A program made the translations under genes and the position numbers. This document shows positions 11,901-20,943 of a stretch of DNA of 64,000 nucleotides, piece after piece; positions within the stretch are counted from its first letter, which is position 1; every line of letters starts with the position of its first letter. The DNA comes from Candidatus Binatia bacterium (GTDB lineage Bacteria > Desulfobacterota > Binatia > Bin18): contig OY761159.2 of assembly GCA_963664395.2 (NCBI GenBank), positions 480,001-544,000 on the forward strand. The letters are read 5' to 3'. The notes below the pieces were generated by a model. That model was not told the origin of the DNA. It was given only the letters and a program-made list of their open reading frames with translations, and searched no databases.

Positions 11901-12162
11901 CCAGCCCGCGCACCTCGTCTTCGATCGACAGGATAATGCCCTGCTCAACCTCCGCGGGGCTGGCCCCGCGGTACAGCACCGAGACGGTAATAGTCTCGAC
12001 CACGAACTCCGGAAAAATTTCCTGTTTGACGCGTGTGCTGAGAATGAGGCCGCCCACCAGAAACAGCAGCATTGCCAGATTGGCGGCCACATGGTTGTGC
12101 GCCATCCAGGCGATGGGACCACTGGAAAACTGCCGCGTCGGCGTGTCAACAGAGTCGGCCAC
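8974..12162 (-). CDS. RND efflux transporter permease (AcrB/AcrD/AcrF family)
   Basis: 1062 aa; GIVVDDAVVVGEN, GVVINDSLVLV and RFRPILLTSLTT motifs. Confidence 0.93.
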   Translation of the reverse strand: MADSVDTPTRQFSSGPIAWMAHNHVAANLAMLLFLVGGLILSTRVKQEIFPEFVVETITVSVLYRGASPAEVEQGIILSIEDEVRGLDGVKEVTAMATESRAAVTIELLTGTDTGKALQDIKNVVDSILSFPEEAERPIVSLVEVRNQVLTLLVHGPQDEQTLRDLAERIRDDLLQRPGVTLVELAAARPLEISLEVPQRNLRAYNLTLDRIAREVREAAIELPAGGVKTSGGEVLLRTQERRDFAREYANIPVASAPDGSQILVGDIAHIHDGFEETDEEAFFNGQRTVKVQIFRVGNETPQSVSDTVRAYVAEIAPDLPPGIGLTVWDDRSEIYRDRVNLLVKNAFLGLVLVLLLLGLFLDPKLAFWVTLGIPISILGSFLFLPITGASINMLSLFAFIVTLGIVVDDAVVVGENVYEKREQGLPFLQAAVEGTKEIAAPVLFAVLTNIVAFLPLFFVPGAIGNFFRQIPAVVVAVFAVSLIESLFILPAHLSRQTPENRVWAVLGKPSHLFASLLQRWITQGYQPWLRFALANRYATLATGIAMLILAAGAVGGGYVQFSFIPRIDADVVNAQATLPFGVPLRTARRVQQELLDAASATVETSGGAAILRGVYTQIGSALQGFGPPGAGSRGAGGSHLVGVQVALVPSDQREIGSLEFVDAWRAATARIVGIETLTFDAETGVNEGAAIDIQLTHRARPTLEAAATELAHALAGYAGVRDIDDGFARGKPQLSLTLKPEARSLGINATDLARQVRSAFYGAEALRQQRGRNEVRVMVRLPEEERRTAHTVEHLMLRTDQGGEIPLFQAAAVERGYAYTEIRRREGRRIIAVTADVDESVSNANTIIAEVLSRELPTLMQKYPGLSYVLEGEQASQQESLEALGIGFLFALLGIYGLLAVPFRSYCQPLIVMLSIPFGIIGAILGHLLLGYGLSIISMFGIIALAGVVINDSLVLVVTANTIRTTQQLSASEAISLAAARRFRPILLTSLTTFFGLMPMIFETSLQARFLVPMAISLGFGVLFATVIILVLLPASYLILEDLQRIPHALRTRRGQPSTQA

Positions 12163-12169
12163 GGGATAC

Positions 12170-13438
12170 TTATTCCTTGTCCGCGCGTTCGGCCGGTGGG
12201 TCCGGGTCGGAACCCACCGCCTGCAACAGCATCCCCGGCAGCGCGGCCGGCAGCGAGCTGGTCACGACGCGCTCCCCGTCCTCCAGGCCGACTCGAATCA
12301 GGACCGAGTCCTGACGACTCAGCACCACTTCGATCTGCCGAATCTCCAGTTGGTCGCGGGCGTTCTGCACCCACACGCGGTCTCCTTCGCGTACGCTGCT
12401 CCTGGGAAGCACAATCACCTGCGGCAGCATCGGGCCGAGTATGTCAACCCGGACATACTCGCCGAGCAATAAGGGCCGGCGGATCTCCGCGCCGGGTTCC
12501 AGACCAAGCGGGTCGGGGACCAAGACCAGCACCTGGGCCATACGCCCGTTTTCGGTCACAGCGCCGAGCAGCCGCGCGACCCGGCCCGTCCAGACCAGGC
12601 TGTCGCCGCTGCCCAGATCACGCCTGATGCGGGCCGCCGACCCGTGCGCTTGCCCGCTGTCCGGGAATGCCACCCAGCCCAGTTGATTGAGCGGGACACT
12701 CACCTCGACCCGAAAAGCGTCCGTACACACCAGGGTGGCGACCGCACTCCGGGCGTTGACTAATTGCCCGATTTCAACCGCCTCGTTCAACACCAGCGCA
12801 TTACACGGAGCCGAGACAACCGTTCGTGTCAGGTCCAACTCGGCCTGAGCGAGACGACTCTTTGCCGCGGCAACCGCGGAACGCTTCTCTGTGAGATGGG
12901 GCTGGCGCAGGGCTAATATGCGCCCTTGCTGGGTCGTCTCAATGGACGGCTCCAAGAGGTCCCATTCTTGTTGGGCAACGACCTGATTGCCCTGTTCCAC
13001 TTGCAGTTCAAACTCCGCTCGCGCCAGGTTGCCCCGCTCAACATCGACCGCCAGGCGATAATCGTGCGGGTCAATCGCAAACAGCACCTCGCCCATGTGG
13101 ACCAAGCCGCCGTTGATCAGATCGTCATGTTGGGCGATGACGTAGCCCTCGACACGGGGGAAGAGAGTGAGGGCGCGATGGGCGCGGACGGTGCCATATA
13201 CCTGAAGCGTGGCCTGTTCATCCTGGGCGTGAACGGTGATGACCTCAACCAGAGTCGGCGTTGCTTTTTGACTGACCTTTGGTACCGGAGGGCGGCTGGC
13301 AATCAGCGCCCAGGCACCCAGCACTCCGCCAACGAGAATGAGTAGCGGCAGTCCGAACCGGAACAGGCGCGTGCCCCACGACCTGCCCTCTTCGGCACTA
13401 CTCGCGGCCTGACTCAGGTGAACGGGTGCGCGCGTCAC
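12170..13438 (-). CDS. RND efflux periplasmic adaptor (MFP)
   Basis: N-terminal TM, lipoyl-like PRVEG...GEVLFAID, AELDLTRTVVSAP. GTG start overlaps the upstream TGA (GTGA). Confidence 0.88.
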   Translation of the reverse strand: MTRAPVHLSQAASSAEEGRSWGTRLFRFGLPLLILVGGVLGAWALIASRPPVPKVSQKATPTLVEVITVHAQDEQATLQVYGTVRAHRALTLFPRVEGYVIAQHDDLINGGLVHMGEVLFAIDPHDYRLAVDVERGNLARAEFELQVEQGNQVVAQQEWDLLEPSIETTQQGRILALRQPHLTEKRSAVAAAKSRLAQAELDLTRTVVSAPCNALVLNEAVEIGQLVNARSAVATLVCTDAFRVEVSVPLNQLGWVAFPDSGQAHGSAARIRRDLGSGDSLVWTGRVARLLGAVTENGRMAQVLVLVPDPLGLEPGAEIRRPLLLGEYVRVDILGPMLPQVIVLPRSSVREGDRVWVQNARDQLEIRQIEVVLSRQDSVLIRVGLEDGERVVTSSLPAALPGMLLQAVGSDPDPPAERADKE

Positions 13439-14928
13439 ACCAGGCTTCCTCGGAAAGAAGATGGGGCGGCCAGCCGGACGGGAGCCTCCAGCGCATCCGT
13501 CCACTTGCCACCCAAGGCTCGGTAGAGTTCCGCGCGTATACTCAGCAGGGTTTTCTGCTCGCTAATCAGGCGACGTTGGAGGGCCTGGAGCGATTGAACC
13601 GCAACGAGCACATTGAGGTAATCAATAAGGCCGTGGACATAGCGCGCGCGTGAGACATCCAAAGTTGACTGCGCAATTGTCATTTGCTGCTCAAGATTGC
13701 GTATGAGTTCTCGTTGTTGGCGTTCCTGCACCAGTGCATCTTCAATTTCACGCAACGCCTCCAGATACGTTTGCCCAAAGCCATCGAGCAATTCCTGGAC
13801 CCTGGCTTTTTGCCGTACCACTTCGTTCCGGCGGCGGCCACCGTCAATCAGTGGGGTTAGCATGTCACCGATAAGCGAGCCTATCTCCTGACGAAAGAAG
13901 GTGTTCCAACTCCGCGCGCTGAACTCGTAGGACAGATTTAACACCAGACGTGGCAGGCGCTCGGCTACCGCAGCGGCGACCCGATAGTCAGCCGCTTGGA
14001 GTCGGAGCTGGGCCGCTTGCAGGTCCGGACGTGAAACGAGCAGTGTTGCCGGAGAAATCAGTTGCGGAAACGGCGGCAGCTCGGGCAGCGCTCTTCCGGG
14101 CGCGAACTCGTCAAGCGAGCCCGGCACCCTGCCGAGGAGAACCGCCAACTGATTCAGGGCCGTCTCCAGAAACGATTGGACGACCGGCACCTGGGCTTGC
14201 GTGTCAGCGAGCTGCTGTCTTTGCTGCAACACATCAACCGCGGAGCCGGCCCCGACGCTAAAGCGAAGTTCGGTCAGCTTGAGCAGGGTTTTACTCACCT
14301 GAACCTGTTCCCGCAGCACATCCAAAAGAGCGTATTGCTCCTGACTGGTGAGCCAGACGTTGACCACCGTGCCGGTGAGGAGCAGCGCCGTCGCCTCAAC
14401 GTCCTGACGCGAGGCCACATATTCGAGTTGAGCAGCGGTCCGCCGTGAAGCGATCCGCTTCCAGATATCGATTTCATACGTAAGGCCCGTCGCCACAAAA
14501 TAGCGGTCCGGATTCGTCGTCCGCGTCAGGCTGCTCCCTCGCAGGTCGGCCGCTTCCGGGTCAACCGTGTGTAGGCGGGAGGCACCCGTACGGAACTCGA
14601 CCTGGGGGACCCGTTCAGCCCCCGCAATCCGGGCCAGGGCTTGGGCCTGCGCCAGCCGCGCCCAGGTCTGCCTCAGCTCGAAATTATCAGTAAAGGCGAT
14701 CTCCATAGCGGCGTTCATTTGAGGGTCGCCAAACTCGTGCCACCATTGACCCAGGACCCGCTCTCCCGTCGCTCCATGATGATACGTCTGCGGGATGGCA
14801 ACTGTCGGCTGCTCAAGGGAACGCACCGAGTATGGGCTACAGCCTGCGATCCCGAGCAAGAACAGGAGAGAAAACGCTACCATCCACCAGGAATGCATTC
14901 GTCGGGAAACGTGCTGTTGTCGTGCCAT
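13435..14928 (-). CDS. Outer-membrane efflux lipoprotein (NodT/TolC family)
   Basis: Lipobox IAGC, WWHEFGDPQMN, YEIDIW, RPDLQAA and ALGG.W. Confidence 0.9.
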   Translation of the reverse strand: MARQQHVSRRMHSWWMVAFSLLFLLGIAGCSPYSVRSLEQPTVAIPQTYHHGATGERVLGQWWHEFGDPQMNAAMEIAFTDNFELRQTWARLAQAQALARIAGAERVPQVEFRTGASRLHTVDPEAADLRGSSLTRTTNPDRYFVATGLTYEIDIWKRIASRRTAAQLEYVASRQDVEATALLLTGTVVNVWLTSQEQYALLDVLREQVQVSKTLLKLTELRFSVGAGSAVDVLQQRQQLADTQAQVPVVQSFLETALNQLAVLLGRVPGSLDEFAPGRALPELPPFPQLISPATLLVSRPDLQAAQLRLQAADYRVAAAVAERLPRLVLNLSYEFSARSWNTFFRQEIGSLIGDMLTPLIDGGRRRNEVVRQKARVQELLDGFGQTYLEALREIEDALVQERQQRELIRNLEQQMTIAQSTLDVSRARYVHGLIDYLNVLVAVQSLQALQRRLISEQKTLLSIRAELYRALGGKWTDALEAPVRLAAPSSFRGSLV

Positions 14929-15106
14929 GAGCGGGAGGGGCTTTCACCTTTACGTCTCTGTATCGTTTTATTATATCGTGCAAGCCAGGGTTTGCATCAG
15001 GGGCCGACGGACGGGCAGGTCGCAACCGCCCAGTCGGCGGGCAGCCTTTGCATTGCCTCTTCTTGGCGGACTTGATAGGGGACGAAGTTGGGCGGGCGCT
15101 CGCCGG

Positions 15107-15258
15107 TGAGAAGCAGGACACCCCATGGTCAAAACAACCTATTTCGAAGAGTACCAGACTGGCGCGTCTCGCGAGACCTTGGGCCGGACGATTACCGAGA
15201 GCGATATTGTCACCCATGCCGGACAAACCGGGGACTTTTTTCCGCACCATGTGGACGC
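15107..15258 (+). pseudogene. 5' stub of the MaoC-family gene (direct repeat of 19987-20138)
   Basis: 152 bp align without gaps to the RBS and first 45 codons of the MaoC gene at 20005, with about 8 mismatches. The last ~93 bp are identical, then similarity stops after GTGGACGC. Confidence 0.9.
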
Positions 15259-15362
15259 AGTAAAGATTCTAGACTCGATCCACCCCCTCCCACGACGCAT
15301 CGCAAGGCATTGCGATCGTTGAAAGAATTTTGGCTCAGGCTCTGGAGCATTTACTAGAAAGG

Positions 15363-15409
15363 TCGGGTATGATACACGTTTTCTAAATAGAGATCGGGTA
15401 TAAGACTCG
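15363..15409 (+). promoter_or_regulatory. Direct repeats upstream of the HTH gene (putative operator)
   Basis: TCGGGTATGATACACG at 15363 and TCGGGTATAAGACTCG at 15394, 31 bp apart, just before the AGGAGG RBS. Confidence 0.35.
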
Positions 15410-15425
15410 AACTTCAGGAGGAAAG

Positions 15426-15971
15426 GTGCCTTTCGTTTCAACGCGCCAGGCAACGAAATTGACCGGCCTCTCTACGGCCAAGCTCCGTGAGTGGACGAGC
15501 CGGCGAGCGCTAATTCCGGCTGACGTGCCACCGAAGGCCCAAGGCTCTCCAGCACAGTATAGCTGGCAGACGATCCTCTTACTGCGCCTCGCTGTCACGC
15601 TTCGTGAAAGGTTTCATCTTGAGTTGCAAGCGCACTGTGAAATATTCAGAAGCTTACGCTGCAACCTACAAGAAAAATCATTCTTGGCACTCTGGGGTAA
15701 GCTCCTTGCCTTACACGGAGAAGAATGCTGGAGCCTACTCGACGCAGAAGATATACCAGAGCTTGCCGAAGATGTCCTTTTGATCCGGCTTGACCCGCAT
15801 CTTGAGGTTCTGGCCACCAGGTTCCCGATGCCGCACCCGTTTAGTGCGCCGGGCCAACTTGACCTTTACCCGATCCAGTCGGTTTCAGGCAGACGAGCAC
15901 AGACGACGCCTGCTCACCATACCAGCGACGCGACTGCGAGACAGACGGCACTGCGACGGAAATCAGCGTGA
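15426..15971 (+). CDS. MerR/excisionase-like HTH DNA-binding protein
   Basis: STRQATKLTGLSTAKLREWTSRRALI...QYSWQTILLL resembles a MerR-type wHTH; AGGAGG RBS. Confidence 0.65.
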   Translation: MPFVSTRQATKLTGLSTAKLREWTSRRALIPADVPPKAQGSPAQYSWQTILLLRLAVTLRERFHLELQAHCEIFRSLRCNLQEKSFLALWGKLLALHGEECWSLLDAEDIPELAEDVLLIRLDPHLEVLATRFPMPHPFSAPGQLDLYPIQSVSGRRAQTTPAHHTSDATARQTALRRKSA

Positions 15972-16086
15972 TGCTGTTCGCGTGGCAATGTCGGACCACT
16001 GGTAAAAAGACCCAACGACACTCCCTTTTGCATAATGTTCCTGTCGTGTTCATGTCTGGCGACTACTGTGAGCGGAGGGTGATCGC

Positions 16087-19000
16087 GTGACCGCCGTAAC
16101 ACGGAACACTTGGCTCGAGAGGCTCGGTTATGTCGAGGAGCCTGCCGTTTTGCACATGTTGGGGGGCGGCGTGCCAGAAACCCACCCATACGCACTCGAG
16201 ATTCAATCCCTTCTGCGGCCAGAGGGAGCGATTAGAGCTCAGGCCGTCTTTGATGTTGAAGGTGTCCCGACCGTCGTTTTCGTAGGGAACGATGAAGCAC
16301 CGCTTTCGACCTCGGCTTTGGACGAAATTCGCCAAAAGATCTGGAACCAAAATCTTGCCACGATTGTCATCGAACTAGAGGACAACATCGCGCGAGCGTT
16401 CCCGGCGAGAAAGCTGAGAAACTCCGAAAAGCGGCTTTCGCTTAATGAGGCACGGCCGGACGGGCCTTTTTCCGCGCTCGACGTCACCTCGGCCAACCTG
16501 TCACGGAGGCTGCCAAATTGGTTTGACATCAAGGAGCGCGTCGATCGCAAGCTGCTAGCGAACCTCTCAGCCACAGTCTCAGCGCTAAGCCGATCAGGCT
16601 TCCGCAGCGTTTCCGGGTCATCGTTAAGCCGACGCTACGCCGAGCTGTTAATGGGACAAGTGTTGTTCGTCTCGTATCTGGAGCACCGCGATATTGTCGG
16701 CAGCACTTATCAGGAGCGACGCGCTGTAGGGCGGCTGCACGACCTCATCGCGAACAGTGATCACGTTGGCATCCAGACACTGATTAACTGGTTGCGCCAG
16801 GATTTCAATGGCGACTTTCTCGGCGAGGACAGTCATGACCCGTGGGCTGTACTCGACAACAATGGATATGAGTTCATTGACCAGTTTCTTAGCCGAACGG
16901 ATATGGAGACCGGCCAGGGAAACTTTTGGAACTACGATTTTAGCTATATCCCGGTGGAGCTTCTATCCGGGCTTTATGAATCTTTTCTGTCGCCTGATGA
17001 GCGAGCTGAGAACGGTGCCTACTACACTCCGCGGCACCTGGCGATGCTTGCCGTCGGTCAGGCCCTTGCAGTATCGCCAGATCCACTTTCAGAAACAATT
17101 TTCGACGGGGCCTGTGGCTCCGGCATGCTACTAACTACAGCCTTTCGGCGTCTTATCGCACTGTCGGAGGCTCGCAACGGCCGTCAGCTTGGCCTTAGAG
17201 AACGTATTGATCTCTTGGTCGGGCACATTTTCGGTGCAGACATCAACCTGATGGCGTGTCGAGTGACGGCGTTTAGCCTGTATCTATCGCTTCTCGAAGG
17301 ACTTGATCCAGCCGACATCATGGAGGCGCAGGAACGTGAGAAGGTCAAACTACCCACATTGGATGGAACCAACCTACGACATGGCGAGAGCGCCGACTTC
17401 TTCGCGCCCGATCATGGTTTCGCCGGAAGGCGTTTCGACCTCATCATCTCCAACCCACCATGGAAAGAGCCGCCGGCTGCGTCGGTAACCTCTGCTGATC
17501 AATGGGCCGAACGCATGGACGTGCCATTCGTCCGCCGCCAGATCGCCGGTGCTTATGCGATCCGCGTCCTCGACTTCCTTTCAGACAATGGCCGTCTTTG
17601 CCTTATCTTGCCGATTAGCCAGTTCCTCGCTCCGTCAAGCGCGCGCTTCGTATCGCACTTTCTGAAACGAGTGCAGCCGATACGGCTTGTCAACTTCGGC
17701 GACCTGCAAAACCTTCTGTTTCCCACCGCCGAAAACACCTGTCACATCTTTTTGGGTAGTGGGCGAAACAGCACCGCGCAAGGTCGTATTCCCTTCGACG
17801 AAACCTTTGATTATTGCGTCCCCAAAGCCGACATGAGCCTCGCTTATGGCCGATTGACCATGCAATCGGCCGACCGTCACATGCTCCAAACGATTACGGT
17901 TGCACAAGATCCGCAAATGCTCATTACGCTCATGTGGGGTGATGCGAGTGACCTAGCGCTATGGACACGGCTCACTACCTTCGGGACTTTTCGCGATTTC
18001 CGAGAGAGGCTGAAGGCTTCTCCTCGGTGGGTTTTCCGCAAGGGCGTGCACGTGGAGGACAAGAGCCGTCCCGCCGTCAGCTCTGGTCCGCTCCGTGACA
18101 AACACTTCGTGCCCATCCAGGCACTGAGCGCAGGCTCGCCCGTCCTGCATCGGACCCGCTTGACCAAGTGGCCTGAGAACCGATTGACGGTTGCCAGCTT
18201 AGACGACGCCCTCTTGCGGGTCTTTGACGGGCCACGTGTTCTCTTCTCCGATGGTTTCTCACGACGGGATTTATCAGTCCGTGCCGTCTACTTCGACGCA
18301 CCCGCGACTTTCACCTGCAGTATCGGGGTGATCGCAGGACCGGAAGCCGATACGTTGCTGCTTCAGTTTGCCGCTGTCTATCTACGATCAAGCCTCGCAC
18401 AGTACTTTCTGATGATGCGAGGTTGGAAAATGCTTTGTCAACGCAACGGTGTACATCTAACTGACATCGAGAGCTTTCCGTTCTTTGAGGCCACCGAGGC
18501 GCCTAACCCGGATACTGCACGAAGGGCACTTGAACGGACAGCGGAGAGGATGGCCGAGCTTACTCGGCTTGATGATTTCTATCAGGCCCAAAGATACAAA
18601 GAGAATCGTGAAGCTTTTGACGAGGATGTGTTCGACTTTTTCTCGCTCTCAGATGGCGAGCGTGCGCTTGTTCGTGAAACGGTTGAGATCCTTATGCCGT
18701 CCATCCGGCCACGGAGCTTCAAGAGCTTAGATACTCCAGCGCAGCAAGTCGCTAAACCGGGTGATTTCAATACATATGGGAACGTATTGGCTGATGCGCT
18801 TACCGAATGGCGCCGACGAACTGGCGGTAAGGGTCGCTTCCATGTTTCGGTCGAGACAAGCGACCCCCAGCGACCTGGCTCAATTGGAGTGGTTCGGGTC
18901 GAATATACCCCGAAAAAGACTGCCCCAGGGACAGCCGTTGCTCGGGCCGACGAACAGGTAGTTCATGCTACCCTTGCTGAACTCAGACAACTGGGCTTGG

Positions 19001-19191
19001 CAGTCATTCCCTCGGGTGACGCGCTTCGCTTGATTCCAGATACCCGTATCTGGATGAATGGCAAGCTCTATCTTGTCCGCCTTCTGGCGCGACGAAATTG
19101 GACCCGACGACAGGCGTTACGGGACGCTGAGCACATCGTCCGCACAGTCCAAGACCGGCAGACACTTTCGAACCAGCCGGAGGTTGCGTGA
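16087..19191 (+). CDS. Large gamma-class N6-adenine DNA methyltransferase (Eco57I/type IIG-like architecture)
   Basis: Motif X YYTPRHLA, motif I FDGACGSG, motif II FGADIN, motif IV SNPPW and GRLCLILP, followed by a long TRD-like region. Confidence 0.85.
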   Translation: MTAVTRNTWLERLGYVEEPAVLHMLGGGVPETHPYALEIQSLLRPEGAIRAQAVFDVEGVPTVVFVGNDEAPLSTSALDEIRQKIWNQNLATIVIELEDNIARAFPARKLRNSEKRLSLNEARPDGPFSALDVTSANLSRRLPNWFDIKERVDRKLLANLSATVSALSRSGFRSVSGSSLSRRYAELLMGQVLFVSYLEHRDIVGSTYQERRAVGRLHDLIANSDHVGIQTLINWLRQDFNGDFLGEDSHDPWAVLDNNGYEFIDQFLSRTDMETGQGNFWNYDFSYIPVELLSGLYESFLSPDERAENGAYYTPRHLAMLAVGQALAVSPDPLSETIFDGACGSGMLLTTAFRRLIALSEARNGRQLGLRERIDLLVGHIFGADINLMACRVTAFSLYLSLLEGLDPADIMEAQEREKVKLPTLDGTNLRHGESADFFAPDHGFAGRRFDLIISNPPWKEPPAASVTSADQWAERMDVPFVRRQIAGAYAIRVLDFLSDNGRLCLILPISQFLAPSSARFVSHFLKRVQPIRLVNFGDLQNLLFPTAENTCHIFLGSGRNSTAQGRIPFDETFDYCVPKADMSLAYGRLTMQSADRHMLQTITVAQDPQMLITLMWGDASDLALWTRLTTFGTFRDFRERLKASPRWVFRKGVHVEDKSRPAVSSGPLRDKHFVPIQALSAGSPVLHRTRLTKWPENRLTVASLDDALLRVFDGPRVLFSDGFSRRDLSVRAVYFDAPATFTCSIGVIAGPEADTLLLQFAAVYLRSSLAQYFLMMRGWKMLCQRNGVHLTDIESFPFFEATEAPNPDTARRALERTAERMAELTRLDDFYQAQRYKENREAFDEDVFDFFSLSDGERALVRETVEILMPSIRPRSFKSLDTPAQQVAKPGDFNTYGNVLADALTEWRRRTGGKGRFHVSVETSDPQRPGSIGVVRVEYTPKKTAPGTAVARADEQVVHATLAELRQLGLAVIPSGDALRLIPDTRIWMNGKLYLVRLLARRNWTRRQALRDAEHIVRTVQDRQTLSNQPEVA

Positions 19192-19874
19192 CCGCTATGG
19201 ACGATTGGTTTACTGCTTTCCCAATCCGTCCAGCAGCCAAAGCAGTTGAGGCCCTCTGCGAGAGTTGGCGCGTCCTGGGTGCCGTGCGGCGGCCGAATTT
19301 TCACCCTGGAACTAAAGAGCCGTACCTGACCCGAGCGCTGAAGACCCATGTAGAGCGGGTGACTGCGCACGAATATGGACTCTTGGGTATGTGGGCGACA
19401 GAAGCGGTTCAAAATGAAGTGAATTTCGATACTGGCGAGTTGATCGAGGAGCGTCGCACAGACATCGTTTATGGCTGGAACAACGAAGAGATCGGGATAC
19501 AACTCGTCTTCGAGTTTAAGAAACTCAACGGTTTGGCGCGGTCTCGGAGGCACTATCTCGGTGAGAATGGTCTTGGCCGTTTCGTCACTGGGGTCTATAG
19601 CCGGGGTCAACCAATCGCTGTGATGGTTGGCGTACTGACGGATCCAGAGGATCAGGTGGTCCCACCGTTGAGGAGCGCGCTCGCTAATACCAAGACAGTC
19701 GTTTCGCTGCGACTCCGGCTTAGACCTAACGGTAAGGCTTTTGACCGGCCTTCGCAACTTTTCTTGGAGGCCGATTTTGATACTGAACATGAAAGGGACG
19801 CTAACCTCGCGCCAAGCCACGGCACAATCCGCGTAGCGCACATTTTCCTTGTGTTCGGCTACACTACACCGTAG
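19188..19874 (+). CDS. Putative PD-(D/E)XK nuclease coupled to the methyltransferase
   Basis: RTDIVY...LVFEFKKL catalytic-type spacing, and YLGENGLGRFVTGVY. 4-bp GTGA overlap with the MTase stop codon. Confidence 0.6.
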   Translation: MTAMDDWFTAFPIRPAAKAVEALCESWRVLGAVRRPNFHPGTKEPYLTRALKTHVERVTAHEYGLLGMWATEAVQNEVNFDTGELIEERRTDIVYGWNNEEIGIQLVFEFKKLNGLARSRRHYLGENGLGRFVTGVYSRGQPIAVMVGVLTDPEDQVVPPLRSALANTKTVVSLRLRLRPNGKAFDRPSQLFLEADFDTEHERDANLAPSHGTIRVAHIFLVFGYTTP

Positions 19875-20004
19875 GTGGAGAATCGTACTCAGCCTGCACA
19901 ATGAGCAGCGTACCTCAGCAAGTTCAGCGGAGCGCTTATTTCCCCAACCCGAGAGTGCAATAGGTATATAATTCCCCATGCCTATATGAGGAGCATGACA
20001 CCCC

Positions 20005-20460
20005 ATGGTCAAAACAACCTATTTCGAAGAGTACAAACTCGGCGTGTCTCGCGAGACCTTGGGCCGGACGATTACCGAGAGCGATATTGTCACCCATGCC
20101 GGACAAACCGGGGACTTTTTTCCGCACCATGTGGACGCCGAGTGGTCCAAGACCAATGAGTTTGGCCAACGCATTGCCCACGGCACGCTGATTCTCAGTA
20201 TTGGTGCCGGGATGACGGCCACGGAGATCAATCCGGTCTCATTTTCCTATGGCTACGACCGCGTCCGTTTTATCCGCCCGGTTTTTATTGGCGACACGAT
20301 CCACGTCCGCCTCACGGTCAAAGATAAGCGCGATTATCCCCGCCGGACCACCCACGGCGTGCTGGTTGACCTGCTCGAAGTCATTAACCAGGACGGCCAC
20401 GTCGTGCTGGCCTGTGAGCATCTGTCCCTGGTAGAGCGCAAGACACCCCAAGAAAGCTGA
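20005..20460 (+). CDS. MaoC family dehydratase
   Basis: [30 protein letters not shown] and [12 protein letters not shown]; TATAAT at 19967-19972 and GAGGAG RBS upstream. Confidence 0.9.
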   Translation: MVKTTYFEEYKLGVSRETLGRTITESDIVTHAGQTGDFFPHHVDAEWSKTNEFGQRIAHGTLILSIGAGMTATEINPVSFSYGYDRVRFIRPVFIGDTIHVRLTVKDKRDYPRRTTHGVLVDLLEVINQDGHVVLACEHLSLVERKTPQES

Positions 20461-20716
20461 TAGAATCACGGGCCTCTTGTCGTCACAGCTCCATATGGTC
20501 GGTTCCCTCACTCCACGTCCGCAATGACAAAATTCTGCTGATTCTGTTGCCACTCCAGGGTGACCGTCTCGCCTGGCATTAGGACAGTCCCTTTCAATTC
20601 ACCCGAAGATGCTGCCCGCCGGGTGGCTCGACCTTGCCCTAGCCATCCCTTGATTCTCACGAGTTCGGCAACAATAATGACTGGTTAGAATGATCGTGAT
20701 TTAAGGACACAAGTCC

Positions 20717-20836
20717 ATGCAGTTCGGCGTCTTTTATCAGTTACCCTGCGCTCCGGGGCAGTCTGTTCCGCAACGCTATCGGGAGACGTTCGAGCAGATT
20801 GTCTACGCGGACCAGTTGGGTTTTGACTCCGCGTGA
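20717..20836 (+). pseudogene. 5' stub of the LLM gene at 22948 (39 codons, TGG to TGA)
   Basis: 20717-20829 match 22948-23060 with about 5 mismatches over 113 bp. Encodes MQFGVFYQLPCAPGQSVPQRYRETFEQIVYADQLGFDSA*. Confidence 0.9.
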
Positions 20837-20943
20837 TTGCTTCAGGTCGCCTCAAGGCTGAGGAGGCTCCCTTTCATCTGCCGATCTTGGCTCTTCTTGC
20901 GCTCTTGCTTGCAGTCTCACAGCAGCAGGCATACACAACAGCT

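Noticed and set aside
19068-20012. 314-aa minus-strand ORF and similar long antisense ORFs (e.g. 4647-5516, 6809-7729, 11635-12627, 49186-50277)
   Set aside because: Shadow frames of well-supported genes in GC-rich DNA, with no recognisable motifs.
20461-20716. Intergenic region with small hairpins as a riboswitch or ncRNA
   Set aside because: No family consensus recognised; an Rfam search would be needed.
20834-20836. UGA in the LLM stub as selenocysteine
   Set aside because: It aligns with a Trp codon rather than Cys, and similarity ends immediately afterwards.
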